A DNA stretch of 64,000 nucleotides, taken from contig JACOYO010000003.1 of NCBI GenBank assembly GCA_016181845.1, positions 16,185 through 80,184 of the forward strand, written 5' to 3'. Shown piece after piece: positions 63,323 to 64,000 of the stretch. The notes under the pieces were generated by a model that was given only the letters and a program-made list of their open reading frames with translations, ran no database searches and was not told the DNA's origin. Position numbers and translations under genes: made by a program. The stretch comes from Parcubacteria group bacterium (GTDB lineage: Bacteria; Patescibacteriota; Minisyncoccia; Phycocordibacterales; 21-14-all-47-15). The first letter of the stretch is position 1, and each line of letters begins with the position of its first letter.

Positions 63323-64000
63323 TCAAACTATCTCTTTCATATCGTTTGTCAAATGAGCGCGGACTATCGTTTCTACCTCACGAGCGTCTTTTGCTTCCAT
63401 CAATTTCGTGCGCAATTCTTTTGCCCCATCAAACCCATTCACATACGCTTTGTAATGTTTTTTCATAATGGCAAAATTTTTATGCGCGCCGAGTTCTTTT
63501 TCAAAAAGTTTTGTATGCTCAACCATCACACGAAGTTTTTCTTCAATTGTAATCTCTTTTTGAATTTCCTTTTGTTTCGATAAACCTTGCGATATATCGC
63601 AAGGTTTTGATTTTGATTTTTTATCATCAGTCAGAATGTTGGACATCGGATGTCCAACATTTGCGAAAAGCCACGGGTTGCCGAATATTGCGCGTCCAAA
63701 CATAACACCGTCGGCGCCAGTCGCGCGCGCTTTTTCTTTAGCGTCTGCCATGTCTTTCACGTCGCCGTTTCCGATGATGAGCGCGCCAGTTCCCTTCGCA
63801 AGATCCACCGCACGCGCAACCCGATCCCACTGCGCCGGCGCTTTTGACATTTCTTTTCTCGTGCGCGCGTGAATCGTAAGCGCGGCGATACCGGTTTCCA
63901 AAAGTGCCGGAATCCACGCTTCCGTTTCGTCTTTGTTGTAGCCCACGCGCGTCTTAACCGACACCGGCAAATCACCGGCGCCCTCTTTTGCGGCATAAAT
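63323..64000 (-). CDS. dus: tRNA-dihydrouridine synthase, C-terminal part (5' end beyond window)
   Basis: ...VKTRVGYNKDETEAWIPALLETGIAALTIHARTRKE... is the Dus TIM-barrel and FMN region. Frame is open to the window edge. Confidence 0.75.
   Translation of the reverse strand: MYAAKEGAGDLPVSVKTRVGYNKDETEAWIPALLETGIAALTIHARTRKEMSKAPAQWDRVARAVDLAKGTGALIIGNGDVKDMADAKEKARATGADGVMFGRAIFGNPWLFANVGHPMSNILTDDKKSKSKPCDISQGLSKQKEIQKEITIEEKLRVMVEHTKLFEKELGAHKNFAIMKKHYKAYVNGFDGAKELRTKLMEAKDAREVETIVRAHLTNDMKEIV
63635..63661. repeat. 27-bp palindrome inside the dus coding sequence, in frame
   Basis: aatgttggacat-cgg-atgtccaacatt encodes NVGHPMSNI. Its core ggacatcNgatgtcc is shared with 9574-9592. Confidence 0.55.

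Overview
This 64-kb chromosomal window comes from an AT-moderate genome with strong AAGGAG-type ribosome-binding sites, dense small intergenic hairpins, and short versions of core proteins (RpoB 1053 aa, RpoC 1219 aa, DnaX about 350 aa, UvrA 882 aa). Gene content (minimal SUF set, DUF378, a SleB-like hydrolase, family-4 UDG, DUF59/SufT) fits a streamlined lineage and would suit a Patescibacteria/CPR-like organism. That lineage call is inference from gene content alone. All product calls rest on motifs read directly from the translations, because no database search was possible. Identifiable features, in order:
- a pyruvate kinase C-terminal fragment, a tRNA-binding protein, an SDR reductase, and two cspA-family genes with sigma-70 promoters and long leaders;
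- a Glu-type dehydrogenase, a SbmA/BacA-like membrane protein, typA/bipA, a SleB-like cell-wall hydrolase, and a secreted mono-haem cytochrome c;
- a family-4 uracil-DNA glycosylase, an AsnA/EpmA-like class-II aaRS core paralog, a ClpP-like protease, an M16 peptidase, a SIMPL/DUF541 protein, and an ALDH4-like aldehyde dehydrogenase;
- sufT-sufC-sufU-sufB;
- rpoD-dnaG-rpoC-rpoB in one co-directional block;
- uvrC-uvrA-uvrB in one co-directional block;
- tgt, two DHFR-like paralogs each with a mid-domain insertion, PEBP, MazG-like and Cas4-like PD-(D/E)XK proteins, fbp, a SAM methyltransferase and rluB-like;
- a PgaB/PgaC-like polysaccharide deacetylase plus GT2 pair, a membrane thioredoxin, YdjM-like, tRNA-Gln(UUG), dnaX, a DDAH/ADI-superfamily protein, a tryptophanase/TPL-like lyase and a dus fragment.
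Features worth a second look:
- several families of dispersed perfect palindromes of 20-52 bp, three of them inserted in-frame inside uvrC, dus and the uvrB 3' end;
- a 234-bp MITE-like element with 28-bp terminal inverted repeats and a 7-bp target-site duplication between the PgaB-like and PgaC-like genes;
- duplicated 3'-end fragments of tRNA-Gln, which look like integration scars;
- a roughly 700-bp ORF-poor, hairpin-rich locus carrying several Shine-Dalgarno-led micro-ORFs;
- a convergent pair made of an Mrr-cat/Hjc-like mini-nuclease and a large zinc-ribbon plus metallophosphoesterase-like protein;
- a secreted protein with five tandem 4-Cys modules;
- a hypothetical gene whose codon usage switches abruptly mid-gene;
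- a His/Met/Cys-rich putative metal-binding lipoprotein next to a promoter and terminator-bearing leader.
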